From a virus (taxonomy: Duplodnaviria; Caudoviricetes), in the IMG/VR virus record IMGVR_UViG_3300025015_000047, positions 1 to 48,636 of that record: a stretch of DNA of 48,636 nt. One strand, given 5' to 3'. Positions 16,169-25,947 of the stretch are shown piece by piece. The notes below the pieces were generated by a model that saw nothing but the letters and a program-made list of their open reading frames with translations, did not search any database and was not told the origin of the DNA. The stretch's first letter is position 1; every line of letters starts with the position of its first letter. A program made the translations under genes and the position numbers.

Positions 16169-16585
16169 CTATATTTTGTCGAAGACGACCCCATAGATCG
16201 GGTCGGGATCGATCGTCACGTCGTCCGCAGGTGCCCCATCCACCACAACCCCCACACTTGGGGCGGCGGTGATATAGATGTCTACGGGCTTGATCCTACG
16301 TCGTAGGATGTCCCCAACGAAAGTTAGAGCACCAGCAAGGATCTTCTTGGTCTTCCTAACCAACGTACCAGTGAATGTCAGAGCCCCAACAAGCGCCGTT
16401 TTTGTCTTCTTCACCACCGTCCCCACAAAGGTCAAGGCCCCCACCAATGGCCTAGATAATTTCTTCGCTATCGTTCCCACGAATGTTAGCGTGCCGAGTA
16501 CGGAAACGCTGGAGAGGCCCGTAGCCTGGAAGGCATCGGATTGGAAGGTGGTTCCCCCGCCCTGAAAGGCTCTATAGGTCGGCAT
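16169..16585 (-). CDS. Virion-associated protein with four ~18-aa repeats
   Basis: L.G(A/T)LTF(V/T)G..(K/R)(K/R) repeated four times. Confidence 0.55.
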   Translation of the reverse strand: MPTYRAFQGGGTTFQSDAFQATGLSSVSVLGTLTFVGTIAKKLSRPLVGALTFVGTVVKKTKTALVGALTFTGTLVRKTKKILAGALTFVGDILRRRIKPVDIYITAAPSVGVVVDGAPADDVTIDPDPIYGVVFDKI

Positions 16586-17236
16586 TTAGGGCCACCATAT
16601 AACAGATTGGCCGCCAGCCGGGAGTGCCGGCACCAGCGGCACGGCCGCCGCATACCAGGTGGCAGCCCCCGTCCAGGTCCAGGTCATCGCCGTCGAGACG
16701 CCGGCGGCAATCTCGTCTGAACACCCGAATCCAGGCCAGGTTCCACCTGATCCACGATCGGTTTGTGAAGCTCCGACAGTTATGCCCGAGGGTGCCGCCT
16801 CGACCACTAGGCCATCAACCACTCTATCGCCCGCTACGGTCGTCGCCGTAACACTTGATGCAGATGCGCCGCCTCCGCCTGCGGTAGCAGCCGTTCTGGT
16901 CGGCGTCGTTTGGTCTACCCCATTCCACGAGGAGGCGACGAAGTAGTTACCGTAAGTCGAAGGCGCATACGTGACGACAACATTATTCGCCCCGGACGCC
17001 GGGGCGAGCTTGCCCCACAACTTCAACTCGTACCACACACTTTCCGACGCGGCAAGCAGGGTCATCGCCGCACCGGCGTAAGTAACCCCGGAAACTCCGG
17101 CAGCCTCATTGTTTGGCCTCGTGGCCGTCATTACGACTAGGTACGTTTGGCTCCCGGACACTGTATGGGAAAAGGTGCATGGGCTTGCTACACCATATCC
17201 GCCCCCAAAGGTTGCGGCATCGAAGGTGATCGCCAT
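16586..17236 (-). CDS. Putative virion structural (beta-sandwich) protein
   Basis: Ala/Gly/Thr/Ser-rich; MAITFDAA start; VSGVTYAGAAMTL motif typical of tail accessory proteins. Confidence 0.55.
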   Translation of the reverse strand: MAITFDAATFGGGYGVASPCTFSHTVSGSQTYLVVMTATRPNNEAAGVSGVTYAGAAMTLLAASESVWYELKLWGKLAPASGANNVVVTYAPSTYGNYFVASSWNGVDQTTPTRTAATAGGGGASASSVTATTVAGDRVVDGLVVEAAPSGITVGASQTDRGSGGTWPGFGCSDEIAAGVSTAMTWTWTGAATWYAAAVPLVPALPAGGQSVIWWP

Positions 17237-17247
17237 TCTCCCTACCT

Positions 17248-17739
17248 TTAGGTTGTCGCTGCCAAGGGTGTAAAACCTAATGACAAGATGAACCCCTTAG
17301 CAACAACCCCTGCCGTTAGCGTATCAATATCCACTCGGATGATATCGCCCGCCGCTATTGTATCAGCATCCGTGTTGATTGATAGTTGGGTTGTCGCATC
17401 AGATGTATAGAGTTCTCCTAACTCAATACTGATTGGCTGAATCAGTATGTCCAAGCTGTCACTGACATTCCATAGCTGGGCCTCCAGAGGCCCATCACTC
17501 GTTCCGGCTGTTCCTACGGCCCCCCAAACCGATGACAGATAGTACCCATCAACCGTATTAGGGCAGTACAGATACGCTTTGCCGTCCCCAGTTGTACAAT
17601 CTGCATCTGGAGCAAAGACCGTCAGTTGGACGTATTTGATGTCCTTGTCTACGTGGTCGGCATTCCAGTCCACGGGGCGAACAACCGCCGTGTCGGCCCC
17701 ATCCGCCACACCAGAAACGAAGGAGTGAACAATAGCCAT
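17248..17739 (-). CDS. Putative tail/fibre-associated structural protein
   Basis: N-terminal H.FVS..ADG.D...VRP.DWNADH attachment-like motif; acidic beta domain ending AGDIIRVDID. Confidence 0.55.
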   Translation of the reverse strand: MAIVHSFVSGVADGADTAVVRPVDWNADHVDKDIKYVQLTVFAPDADCTTGDGKAYLYCPNTVDGYYLSSVWGAVGTAGTSDGPLEAQLWNVSDSLDILIQPISIELGELYTSDATTQLSINTDADTIAAGDIIRVDIDTLTAGVVAKGFILSLGFTPLAATT

Positions 17740-17740
17740 A

Positions 17741-18373
17741 CTAGCCTCCAGCAGTCACAGTCATAGAGTACGTGAACTCGATGGAGTCTCCGTTGACAAC
17801 GTTGACCGCACCAAACACATGCCGGTCCAGCAAGGTACCTGCCGTAGCATCGTTGAACAGGCCGTGCTCGGTGATGGCCTTGGTCGTTGTGTAGGCAATG
17901 GTTCCTACGGACCGATAGATGACACTGGTCGCCTCAACCTGCGTTCCGGTTGCCCGGCCCTCGCCATCTGTCGTCTCAATACCTGTATCACCGATGAGGG
18001 CTCCAGTTGTACCAACACCACTATCGTGGAACTTGAAATCCCCCCAGACAGAGGTCTCCGTGATGAGCTGGTCTACCATCAATTCACAGAACGCCGTGGT
18101 TACGACTCTCCGACTCAAAACACCGTAGTTCGTTGCTACGCCGCCCCGGCTGTAGTGGATGGCTCGTAGCTCCCCAACAGCCGTCATCAGGCCCAGGGTC
18201 TTAGCCAGGGGCCTGCCGACCCTCCAAGCCAATTCGCCCTTGATGTAGGCCCAACGAAGGGCATTCCTCAGCTTCCAGGACAGGGAAGCCGCCTGTCGAA
18301 CATAGAACCGACCAGCGACCTGGATTCCCTTCCGGATTGTCAACGTCCCAATAGGTGAAAGGCTGCTATGCAT
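17741..18373 (-). CDS. Putative tail structural protein
   Basis: ITEHGLFNDATAGTLLDRHVF..VNVVNGDSIEFTY resembles tail-fibre N-terminal/collar modules. Confidence 0.6.
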   Translation of the reverse strand: MHSSLSPIGTLTIRKGIQVAGRFYVRQAASLSWKLRNALRWAYIKGELAWRVGRPLAKTLGLMTAVGELRAIHYSRGGVATNYGVLSRRVVTTAFCELMVDQLITETSVWGDFKFHDSGVGTTGALIGDTGIETTDGEGRATGTQVEATSVIYRSVGTIAYTTTKAITEHGLFNDATAGTLLDRHVFGAVNVVNGDSIEFTYSMTVTAGG

Positions 18374-18382
18374 CCGAACCTC

Positions 18383-18778
18383 CTACTTGATTGAACCGTC
18401 AGGGAAGAGTTGCCTTTTGGCAATCTCCTCCACAACGATGCACATGATCTCGGCATCCTGATACGATACGTTCTTGCGCATCCAGCCAAAGTTCTGGCGA
18501 TGCGATCGATAGGTAATACAGAGCTTGGTGTCTGGATCCATCCCCAGGGTGTCAAGTTCCTCCCTGGGATCGGACCACCCCACCATCCTCTTTAGTGTAC
18601 ACGCTAAGGCCACCTCACGGCAAGTTACCAGAACTTCCCAGTCGTTCATTCCCTGGGCGGAATATGTCGTATGTCTAGACCCGTCCTCCTGGACTTCCAA
18701 CTTGATGCACAGATGGCCGGGGGTCTCGAAGAGGTCGGCCATTCTCATGATCTGGGATTCAGGAACAAGAGCAAGCAT
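18383..18778 (-). CDS. Hypothetical protein
   Basis: 131-aa ORF with GGAGG RBS. Confidence 0.55.
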   Translation of the reverse strand: MLALVPESQIMRMADLFETPGHLCIKLEVQEDGSRHTTYSAQGMNDWEVLVTCREVALACTLKRMVGWSDPREELDTLGMDPDTKLCITYRSHRQNFGWMRKNVSYQDAEIMCIVVEEIAKRQLFPDGSIK

Positions 18779-18787
18779 CTGATCCTC

Positions 18788-19375
18788 CTAGTTTTTACTG
18801 CACCAAACAACGGTGAGGTAGGGCGGGTTGTTGCTGGCCGTTCCCGATGTGCCACCTCCCGCCGACGCGTTTGCCATGGCCCCAGAGAGTACCCCGGCGT
18901 GATTGTGGCTGGGCCAACTTCCGGATATTGTGTCTGCGCTGGTATAGCGCCTAGCATTGCTACTTCCACTTGTACGGTTCCCAAGGCTTGCGGGTGTGTC
19001 ATAAGAATGGTTGTGGGAGCCCCCAGATTGGATAGTTAGAGTGCCGGCGGAGTGAGTGTGTGCGATGACGCCGGCGATGCTATGGGTATGGGTTGTAGCC
19101 CCTCCCGTCCCGCCGTAAGTTGCCTTCCCTACCAGGAACTTGTCGTCGAAGGCCGTTACCGTCGTCCATCCCACAGGACAGGCCGCGTTGAACATCCCAA
19201 TGAAGTTCCCGCCCGTAGGAACGGCGTTTGCTGTTGCATACGCAGTTACGCGGTTTTCCAGGGCCAGAACGTCTCCATAAGTGGCTGTATCGATGGGCTG
19301 ATCTGATATGCCTCCAGACAAGAGTTGTTCCAGGCGATCCAGATTGGCGAGAACTTCGTCTGCCGATACGGTCAT
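18788..19375 (-). CDS. Short tail fibre/collar-like protein, paralog 3
   Basis: ACPVGWT, GKATYGGTGG, HTHS/HTH/HNH repeats, PPYLTVVWC. Confidence 0.7.
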   Translation of the reverse strand: MTVSADEVLANLDRLEQLLSGGISDQPIDTATYGDVLALENRVTAYATANAVPTGGNFIGMFNAACPVGWTTVTAFDDKFLVGKATYGGTGGATTHTHSIAGVIAHTHSAGTLTIQSGGSHNHSYDTPASLGNRTSGSSNARRYTSADTISGSWPSHNHAGVLSGAMANASAGGGTSGTASNNPPYLTVVWCSKN

Positions 19376-19376
19376 T

Positions 19377-19952
19377 TCAGTTCCTCGAACAGAACACTAC
19401 TTCGATATATGGAGGAAGCATTGTATTCGTTCCACTGGTGGCTGATGCATCTCCGGCGCTGGTTGTATTCCCAGTTAGACTATGGTCATGACTTCCCCCA
19501 CTGCCCGTAGTCGTAGTTGATACACTACCGATTATGTCCGAGACGCCCGCTCCGGCGGTTGTAGATGCTATGGTCGTGACAACGGTGTAGCTATGGTCAT
19601 GACTTCCATCACTTCCAAGGTTTAGAGTTCCAGCCCCATGGGTGTGAGCGATGACTCCACTATACGAGTGGGTGTGGGTTCCACTACTGCCGCCGGTCCC
19701 CCCATACGTCGCCGCCCCCCGAATGAACTTATCATCCCAGGCCGTTACTCTAGTCCACCCGGTCGGGCAGGTAGTATTGAACACGGCAATTAGCTTGTCC
19801 CCCGCCGGTAACAACACTCCGTGCCCTATCGCACTGCTGTAGGCAACCTCGATGTCCCCAAGGTTCCCCAACTGCTCTGTTTGGTTTGAAGCATCCGGAA
19901 CGAGCCCGATCAGAGCTAGAACCTCGTTGTTGATGTCATCTAACGTTCTCAT
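19377..19952 (-). CDS. Short tail fibre/collar-like protein, paralog 2
   Basis: TCPTGWT, GAATYGGTGG, HTHSY/HDH repeats, PPYIEVVFC. Confidence 0.7.
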   Translation of the reverse strand: MRTLDDINNEVLALIGLVPDASNQTEQLGNLGDIEVAYSSAIGHGVLLPAGDKLIAVFNTTCPTGWTRVTAWDDKFIRGAATYGGTGGSSGTHTHSYSGVIAHTHGAGTLNLGSDGSHDHSYTVVTTIASTTAGAGVSDIIGSVSTTTTGSGGSHDHSLTGNTTSAGDASATSGTNTMLPPYIEVVFCSRN

Positions 19953-20539
19953 GGTACGGCCTTACAAATCACAACGTCAATGTAGGGAGGAAGCGTTCCA
20001 CCGGCCGCCGATGTTTGGCTGGCCTCTCCCGATGAACCCGTGCTCCCCGCTACTGTATGGGTATGTCCGCCTCCCGATCCAGTTGTACCAGATGTAGTCC
20101 CAGCGTAACGAAGGGCAACACCCACCCCAGAAACGGTAGCCTGTGCTCCATCTTTGGTATAGCTGTGGGAATGCGAAGACGAGTCGTTCCCTATCACCAT
20201 ATCGGTTCCGTGTGTATGGGAACCGATGCTATCATAGCTGTGGGTATGGGATGACGCCCCTCCTGCCGTTCCATACGTCGCGCCGCCCATAGGGAACGTG
20301 TCATTCAGAGCCGTCACGTTCTCCCACCCACTAGGACAGGCCGTGTTGAAAATCCCGAGGAATATCCCCGTGTTCGGCACGCACGCCGCCGCTACAATGT
20401 CCCCCAAGGAGTCGATCTGTTCCATGATGTAGCTTTGGGTCACGGCATCGGGAAAGATGTCCTCTCCCAACACCTTCATCCGCTCGATCTGATCCCTCAG
20501 GATTTGTACTCTCTCCCGCACCTGCGTTATCGTCGCCAT
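19949..20539 (-). CDS. Short tail fibre/collar-like protein, paralog 1
   Basis: ACPSGWE, GGATYGTAGG, HTHSY/HSH repeats, PPYIDVVIC. Confidence 0.7.
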   Translation of the reverse strand: MATITQVRERVQILRDQIERMKVLGEDIFPDAVTQSYIMEQIDSLGDIVAAACVPNTGIFLGIFNTACPSGWENVTALNDTFPMGGATYGTAGGASSHTHSYDSIGSHTHGTDMVIGNDSSSHSHSYTKDGAQATVSGVGVALRYAGTTSGTTGSGGGHTHTVAGSTGSSGEASQTSAAGGTLPPYIDVVICKAVP

Positions 20540-21213
20540 TGCTCAAAGATGTCCCTTATGACCTGCAAGTCGTCCCAAATCCGATCGATGTCCCCACCCT
20601 CTGTCGGCTCCTGAATCGTATCCATCTTGGGGGTCGTGCCACCTGTTCCTCCGGCGGGAATGCCTCCCAGTCCAAACAGCCTTCTGATCCAGTCCTCAAA
20701 CGCGTACTCGTCGTAAACCGTCTTCTCCTCTATGTCGAAGACGGTGTAGCCCATCTCCTCCAGGATCAGTTTTTGCTCTTCGTCCTTTCGGAACTGGAAT
20801 GGTCCTTGGTGGGTTGGTCCCTGTACCCGAAGAATGAACATATGGTCAGGCAGAATGAAGTCGGCAACGAGCCCGCCCAGTTCGAGTCTTCCACCTTGAA
20901 GACTGGATTGGAAGTCAAAGTAGACACGAAGTTGGGTAAGACGAAGGTATAAGATGCGCTCTGGTAGGCTTCCATAGACCTGTTCCTTAGAGACCGCTCG
21001 GGCCTCTAGTGGGTCCTCTCCAATGAGAGGTCTCCGTAGTCCCCTCCGGTGCCCTATCCACCACCAAGGGTCGTCTTTGAGAAGGTCTTCTCGAATGACA
21101 TCTCGACGGATGCGCCAGGGCATCTTGAACCGAGGAGGAGCCCGTAGACGCTCCTCTCGGGACATAATCTTCTGTTCACGAGCCCGAACCCGACCATACT
21201 TCCTCTTGTCCAC
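20527..21213 (-). CDS. Protein with a Vsr/DUF559-like endonuclease-fold domain
   Basis: S.PERILY..L, FDFQ, VADFIL, RVQG..H, KDEEQ..ILEEMGYTVF pattern. Confidence 0.6.
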   Translation of the reverse strand: MDKRKYGRVRAREQKIMSREERLRAPPRFKMPWRIRRDVIREDLLKDDPWWWIGHRRGLRRPLIGEDPLEARAVSKEQVYGSLPERILYLRLTQLRVYFDFQSSLQGGRLELGGLVADFILPDHMFILRVQGPTHQGPFQFRKDEEQKLILEEMGYTVFDIEEKTVYDEYAFEDWIRRLFGLGGIPAGGTGGTTPKMDTIQEPTEGGDIDRIWDDLQVIRDIFEQWRR

Positions 21214-21215
21214 AT

Positions 21216-23126
21216 CTAGCCGACCTCTGCGAGGTTGACGTTGATCCGAGCCTCGATGTTGGGGGACCCTCTGCTGGAAGCATGTTCCTCAACCGCCGAC
21301 AAAGAAACCGCCGTCACATAGACCTGGTGCTCGTGTCCATATGGGTCGACATACTTCACCGGACTTGCGCTATCCCGCGCGTCCTTCAGATCCGTGACGA
21401 TTTGGTCTGGAGTTCGGTTGTCGGAATAAGGGCCGTATTGGACATCCTGGGCCGCAACGATCGTTGCCGCAAAGCCCCAGAGCGTTTGAGGGCGTAGGAG
21501 CAGCCGGACGGCGATCGCTTCCAGAACGGGGGTTTCAGTCGCCGTGGCGGTATAGAAGTGGATCCTCAGTTGCATGTAGTTGTACTCTAGGGTGGAGGGC
21601 TCATAGCCCAATGGGTTCTTCAATTCCGTTACTCCATCCGTTACAACAACATTGGTTGTTCCATCCACACCGCCCCAAGCGTGCCATGTACTTTCTCCGT
21701 CTAGGGCGTAGAATACCGATAGGTAGGTATTACCTACAGCAAGGTTGCTACCCTCGATGATGATGGAAGGTGTCGATTTCTTGACACGCCTAAAGCCGGC
21801 ATCAATGCGTGGGGTAAACAGTCGATTCTGGCCCGAGGTTGGGAAGTTGGCGTAGGCGAACTCCGAGTTGTCCTGGAAGGGGATATAAGAGGTCAGGTTC
21901 GATGCCGCCTTGGTAACGTGATACCAGAGGTAGTTCCGGGACGTGTCGAAATACATGGCCGTGACCGATCCGTCACCATCCGTAATTGGATCCATTAGGC
22001 GATGCCAACCAACCCCATCCCATACCACAATGCTCTCGGTGTAGGTCGTCTCGTTGGTCCTGGCCGTCATGAATAGATAGGAGCCTACAGTCACGAAGTT
22101 CCGGAACCGGCCGTAGGTAGTGTAGGGGAACTGTTCGGTCAGCCTGGGCGGGGTGATGTTGGTGACGCGCATTCCGTTCCAGGAGTACAAGGTGTTCCGG
22201 ATAGGGTAGACGTAGGCATTATTGTAAATCGCCCCGGAAGCAAAGTTCTCAGAACTTGTCTGATCCCCGTAATCCAAGACCTTGCGGATAGCCGATTTGT
22301 CCCGGTCCATCTTCCAAAGACCATCAGGACGACGAAAGTCTATATCTCCAAGGAAGGAGAAGGCCCCAAGAATCTGCATTCCATCTATCCCCGCATATAG
22401 GACATTGGGATCATCCGATGCTACGGTGTATAGATCCGACAAATCCACCGCATCTGAGTAGTGAACCTGGTTGCCCAAGAGACCACTGGCATTCAACTGC
22501 CGACCAGAGTAGACAAAGCCGTCATGATGCTGGATCCAATAGGTATCGATCTGAGCCGTCGTAGCCCCGGCCCCCGTCCAATCGGTGGCGGCAGAAGTCG
22601 GGTTGGTAGTGTAGTAGGGCTGCTCATCATCAACAAAGGCGAACAGGTACTTCCCATTCGACCACCCAGTATGGATAGCAGCGGAGGTGGCTAGCGGCTC
22701 GGCTTCTGTCCATGTAGGGGTTGCCGTGTCGGCCAAGGCTGTATCAGACACCCGGCCGCCCTTGTCCGTCCAGGCGAACAGGTGATCATCAAATAGGGTG
22801 AAGCCGTTCTTCTGCTCGGCCGCCGTATCGCTGGCAGTCGCTTGGGTCATGAGTGTTACAAGGCCCATATGTCGGGTGTCTAGATTGCCCGTCGTCCGCA
22901 GGTAGCCGGAGGCAGCCCCAGCCTCGGTCATCCACTGGAACCCAAAGCCCCGGCTCCAGTCCGTCATGACCAAGACCTGATACAGTCCCATCTCCCCAAA
23001 CACGATCCCGCCCCCAGGTGTCGATGAGCGTGGGGAGAAATCGGTAACGTCCCTAGCCTTGTACGAAGCTAGATCGATCCGATAGTCCTTGCCATTCAGG
23101 TGGATGTTGCCACGCTTCTCATCCAT
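21216..23126 (-). CDS. Putative tail nozzle/stabilisation protein (T7 gp12 / P22 gp10-like, beta-propeller)
   Basis: 636 aa, aromatic and beta-rich; directly follows the adaptor-like gene. Assignment is mainly by synteny. Confidence 0.55.
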   Translation of the reverse strand: MDEKRGNIHLNGKDYRIDLASYKARDVTDFSPRSSTPGGGIVFGEMGLYQVLVMTDWSRGFGFQWMTEAGAASGYLRTTGNLDTRHMGLVTLMTQATASDTAAEQKNGFTLFDDHLFAWTDKGGRVSDTALADTATPTWTEAEPLATSAAIHTGWSNGKYLFAFVDDEQPYYTTNPTSAATDWTGAGATTAQIDTYWIQHHDGFVYSGRQLNASGLLGNQVHYSDAVDLSDLYTVASDDPNVLYAGIDGMQILGAFSFLGDIDFRRPDGLWKMDRDKSAIRKVLDYGDQTSSENFASGAIYNNAYVYPIRNTLYSWNGMRVTNITPPRLTEQFPYTTYGRFRNFVTVGSYLFMTARTNETTYTESIVVWDGVGWHRLMDPITDGDGSVTAMYFDTSRNYLWYHVTKAASNLTSYIPFQDNSEFAYANFPTSGQNRLFTPRIDAGFRRVKKSTPSIIIEGSNLAVGNTYLSVFYALDGESTWHAWGGVDGTTNVVVTDGVTELKNPLGYEPSTLEYNYMQLRIHFYTATATETPVLEAIAVRLLLRPQTLWGFAATIVAAQDVQYGPYSDNRTPDQIVTDLKDARDSASPVKYVDPYGHEHQVYVTAVSLSAVEEHASSRGSPNIEARINVNLAEVG

Positions 23127-24299
23127 TTACCACCCCAAGGGGTTCCCTATATCATCACCCGCCGAAGAGACGTGTGTTCCATCTTCATCTTCATCCTGCC
23201 ATAGCGAGCCCGCCAGCACACGCCGTCGATGGAGCCTAGCGTACTCCGCAGCCCGATCGGCGTAGTATTCTGCCGTCCCCCCATGCATCGTCCGATCAAC
23301 CCGGTTGTCCCCAATCATGCTGTCGTGCAGGGTCGCCAGAGCCTTGTTGACTACAAACTCCTTCGGTACTGAGGTCACATCCGAGTCCGCAGACAGAGCT
23401 GATGGCCACCCAAGATACGTCTGCCGGAACCGGAACCCATACACGCTCGGCATAAGATTCTGGAGATACATCTTGTCCGGATAATCCTTGCGGTTGAAGT
23501 GGATGCCAAGCAGGCTTACCCAGTCGTGCCACTGCTCGTCCGCATCCCACCAGCGGTACTTCGATGTTGAATCGGCGTCCGTCGTCAAATAGGTTGCCGC
23601 CGAGTTGCCTACCGTGATGAGGTTAGTCAAGGTGTCCCCAGAGATGACAGAGCGAACCTGACCCTTTCCAGGGCCATCATAGATCGAGACGTACCAATCC
23701 GTATCAATCCCCGACAGGTCATCGTCCGTATCGACCCCAACCACCGCAGAGGTACAAGCAGACGTACACGTTCCTGTAACTGACTTACTGGATCTTTCTA
23801 CCCGTATCTGAAGCATCTTCCAGGGTGTCACGGATAAGCCAGAGATATCGTAGGCCAGCCGGTCCTCCACCACAATCATAGACTCATCAACCGTCTGGGC
23901 GGGCCAGTATTCCCCACCCTCCTCGAGGGCGTCGTTGATAGCAGAGTTGATCTGGGAAGGAGGCCAGATGTGATAGATCTCAATACGGTCTGCGGCAGCC
24001 GGAGCAGTATCAAACGGCCACTCGGGGATGATCTTGTTCCCACTTCGCTCGAACGCTTGGATACGCCGCTCTGTGCCGTAGACCCCGGCCGAATCGGAAA
24101 CGTATACCCAGGCATTCTGCCAGAAGTTCTCTGTTTGGGTTAGAGACGGAGCGTAGATCACGTCCGTCGTCTGGATAGTTGCGGACGTGGGATCAGCTAA
24201 GGCAACATCCGTGTCCCCATAGGCAAGGAAGAATGGCATCCTGGCCTTCAGGGCGATTGCCCGTCTCAATGCTTGTCGAGTTGCGGTCGGTTCGGTCAT
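23127..24299 (-). CDS. Putative head-tail adaptor / tail tubular protein
   Basis: N-terminal T...LRRAI helix, INSAINDAL, L..DSD.TSVP.EFVV..A motifs of adaptor proteins, with beta insertions. Confidence 0.55.
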   Translation of the reverse strand: MTEPTATRQALRRAIALKARMPFFLAYGDTDVALADPTSATIQTTDVIYAPSLTQTENFWQNAWVYVSDSAGVYGTERRIQAFERSGNKIIPEWPFDTAPAAADRIEIYHIWPPSQINSAINDALEEGGEYWPAQTVDESMIVVEDRLAYDISGLSVTPWKMLQIRVERSSKSVTGTCTSACTSAVVGVDTDDDLSGIDTDWYVSIYDGPGKGQVRSVISGDTLTNLITVGNSAATYLTTDADSTSKYRWWDADEQWHDWVSLLGIHFNRKDYPDKMYLQNLMPSVYGFRFRQTYLGWPSALSADSDVTSVPKEFVVNKALATLHDSMIGDNRVDRTMHGGTAEYYADRAAEYARLHRRRVLAGSLWQDEDEDGTHVSSAGDDIGNPLGW

Positions 24300-24308
24300 G
24301 CGCCCATC

Positions 24309-25034
24309 CTATGCTAATGCTATGCCCCACTTGTCGGATAGATAGGTTTCCACAAGGCCCCTGTTGGCACTAGAGAGTGCGCCCGTGTAGACGACGACCT
24401 CATAGAGTTGACCATCGAACCCATACTGGGTCATGTCATACTCGCGCCCCATACCCACCGTCCCCCCAAGAGCCTTCTGCGCCCACGCCTTACCGGTCGC
24501 TATGGACGCCCCATCACGGAAGACGCTTGCCCCCGCATCATCAAAAACAAACGAGAGGATTTGAACGGCATTGGTTGCCGCAACGGCGTTGTTCCATCCC
24601 TCCGGAAGAGTGATCCAGCCGACCCAGCCGACTGTCGCCGTAACACTAGAGACAATGAACCTCCCGGTCTGAAAGTCAAAGAGCCGTTGATCCGCGTTTA
24701 CATTTGTTGTCTCTGTTTTGGTAGCAAAGATGAAGGTGTAGTCTTGTGCGCTCACTCCCGTAGAAAAATCGACCAGCATCCCATGATTGGTGCGGTCGAA
24801 ATCTACCCCCGGTAGGCCATTCTGCTGGTTGGTCATGTAGATCGGCTTCTTGGCCTCAGTGGTCTGAGTGGCATGACGAGCGTTGCCGCTCAGGTCACTC
24901 CAGGAGGCGACGGGGTCGTTATTCGCCAGTCCTGTTATCTCGCTGGCGTCCAGCCACAAGACAAGCCCCACAAGATCCGTAGGTGCCCAAGCGGCCGCAG
25001 CTATACCTTTTGATCGACGAACTCTACGCATCAT
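24309..25034 (-). CDS. LamG/concanavalin-A-like virion protein
   Basis: LVLWLDASEI...VASWSDLSGNARHATQ..P, FDGQLYEVVVY..ALS, VETYLSDKWG. Confidence 0.75.
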   Translation of the reverse strand: MMRRVRRSKGIAAAAWAPTDLVGLVLWLDASEITGLANNDPVASWSDLSGNARHATQTTEAKKPIYMTNQQNGLPGVDFDRTNHGMLVDFSTGVSAQDYTFIFATKTETTNVNADQRLFDFQTGRFIVSSVTATVGWVGWITLPEGWNNAVAATNAVQILSFVFDDAGASVFRDGASIATGKAWAQKALGGTVGMGREYDMTQYGFDGQLYEVVVYTGALSSANRGLVETYLSDKWGIALA

Positions 25035-25042
25035 CTTACTCC

Positions 25043-25525
25043 CTATGTCGTCACAGAGCGGACGGTCGCTACTCTCCCCAGGACGAATATCTCCAGCTTG
25101 TCCGAATCCGCCGCGATCGAGTCACAGTCAAGGATCTTCATCGACCAGTGGTTCGGCATGATGATGTCCGGTAGCGTTCGGGTCAGATGGTCGGTATCGA
25201 CAAAGGAGGTCATATCCTGGCCCCCAACGAAGAAGTTGTAGTATCGAACTCCACTACCCGCCGTAGCACTGTCCGCCGCCGCCTGATTGACCGCCGACAC
25301 CGCTCGGAAGATAGGGTCCTCATCTGAGTCCTGATAGATGACCTGGAGCCTACGGTTCCCTGCCGTATCTGTCGTGGCAGTCATTTGTATCCGAATGGAA
25401 TCAATCAGGTAGATCAGGTTCCCGTCAGTCGGGGCGCTGGATGTCCCAAACACCCATTCCCCATCCGCCGCCCCAGCTGCTGTGTCCGAGTATAGAAAGG
25501 GTCTCCATTCATAGTCAGCGGCCAT
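25043..25525 (-). CDS. Acidic beta-sandwich structural protein, paralog of 25527-25943
   Basis: Shares DT.GNR, DSD.D, R.YNF, FVDTD.LT.TLPD with the neighbour. Confidence 0.6.
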   Translation of the reverse strand: MAADYEWRPFLYSDTAAGAADGEWVFGTSSAPTDGNLIYLIDSIRIQMTATTDTAGNRRLQVIYQDSDEDPIFRAVSAVNQAAADSATAGSGVRYYNFFVGGQDMTSFVDTDHLTRTLPDIIMPNHWSMKILDCDSIAADSDKLEIFVLGRVATVRSVTT

Positions 25526-25526
25526 G

Positions 25527-25943
25527 TTACGCCTCGTATCCGGCGATCTCGCCAAAGACCTGAAGTTCCATCAGGTCGCTGCCAGGGTCTAGGGCCGACT
25601 GTTCTAACACAACCAGGTTGCAGCCCTCGGGCAACCAAACGTCCGGCAGGGTATTGGTCAGTTGGTCAGTGTCTACGAAGGCTGTCTGGTCGGCAAGGCT
25701 GGTCCCGAAGTTGTAGAACCGAACCGCCGACGCAGCTAGCACCGCTCCACCCCGAACCTCCAACACGATGTCCCCATCCGAGTCTGTCATCCGAACCACG
25801 GGGGTCCGGTTCCCTACCGTATCGGACGCTGTGTACTTCAGATGGACCCCAGTGATGTGAAGGATTCGCCCAGTGGGAACGGGGAGCGTATCCCCTGCCC
25901 CCGTCAACGTGCTGTCATTGTGAAAGTAAGGCTTCCAGTCCAT
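25527..25943 (-). CDS. Acidic beta-sandwich structural protein, paralog of 25043-25525
   Basis: ATG 25943 after GAGGTG; shared motifs as above. Confidence 0.6.
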   Translation of the reverse strand: MDWKPYFHNDSTLTGAGDTLPVPTGRILHITGVHLKYTASDTVGNRTPVVRMTDSDGDIVLEVRGGAVLAASAVRFYNFGTSLADQTAFVDTDQLTNTLPDVWLPEGCNLVVLEQSALDPGSDLMELQVFGEIAGYEA

Positions 25944-25947
25944 TTGC

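Noticed and set aside
18788-20539. Diversity-generating retroelement or invertible fibre cassette
   Set aside because: No reverse transcriptase, no adenine-specific TR/VR pair and no invertase; all three genes are full-length and co-oriented.
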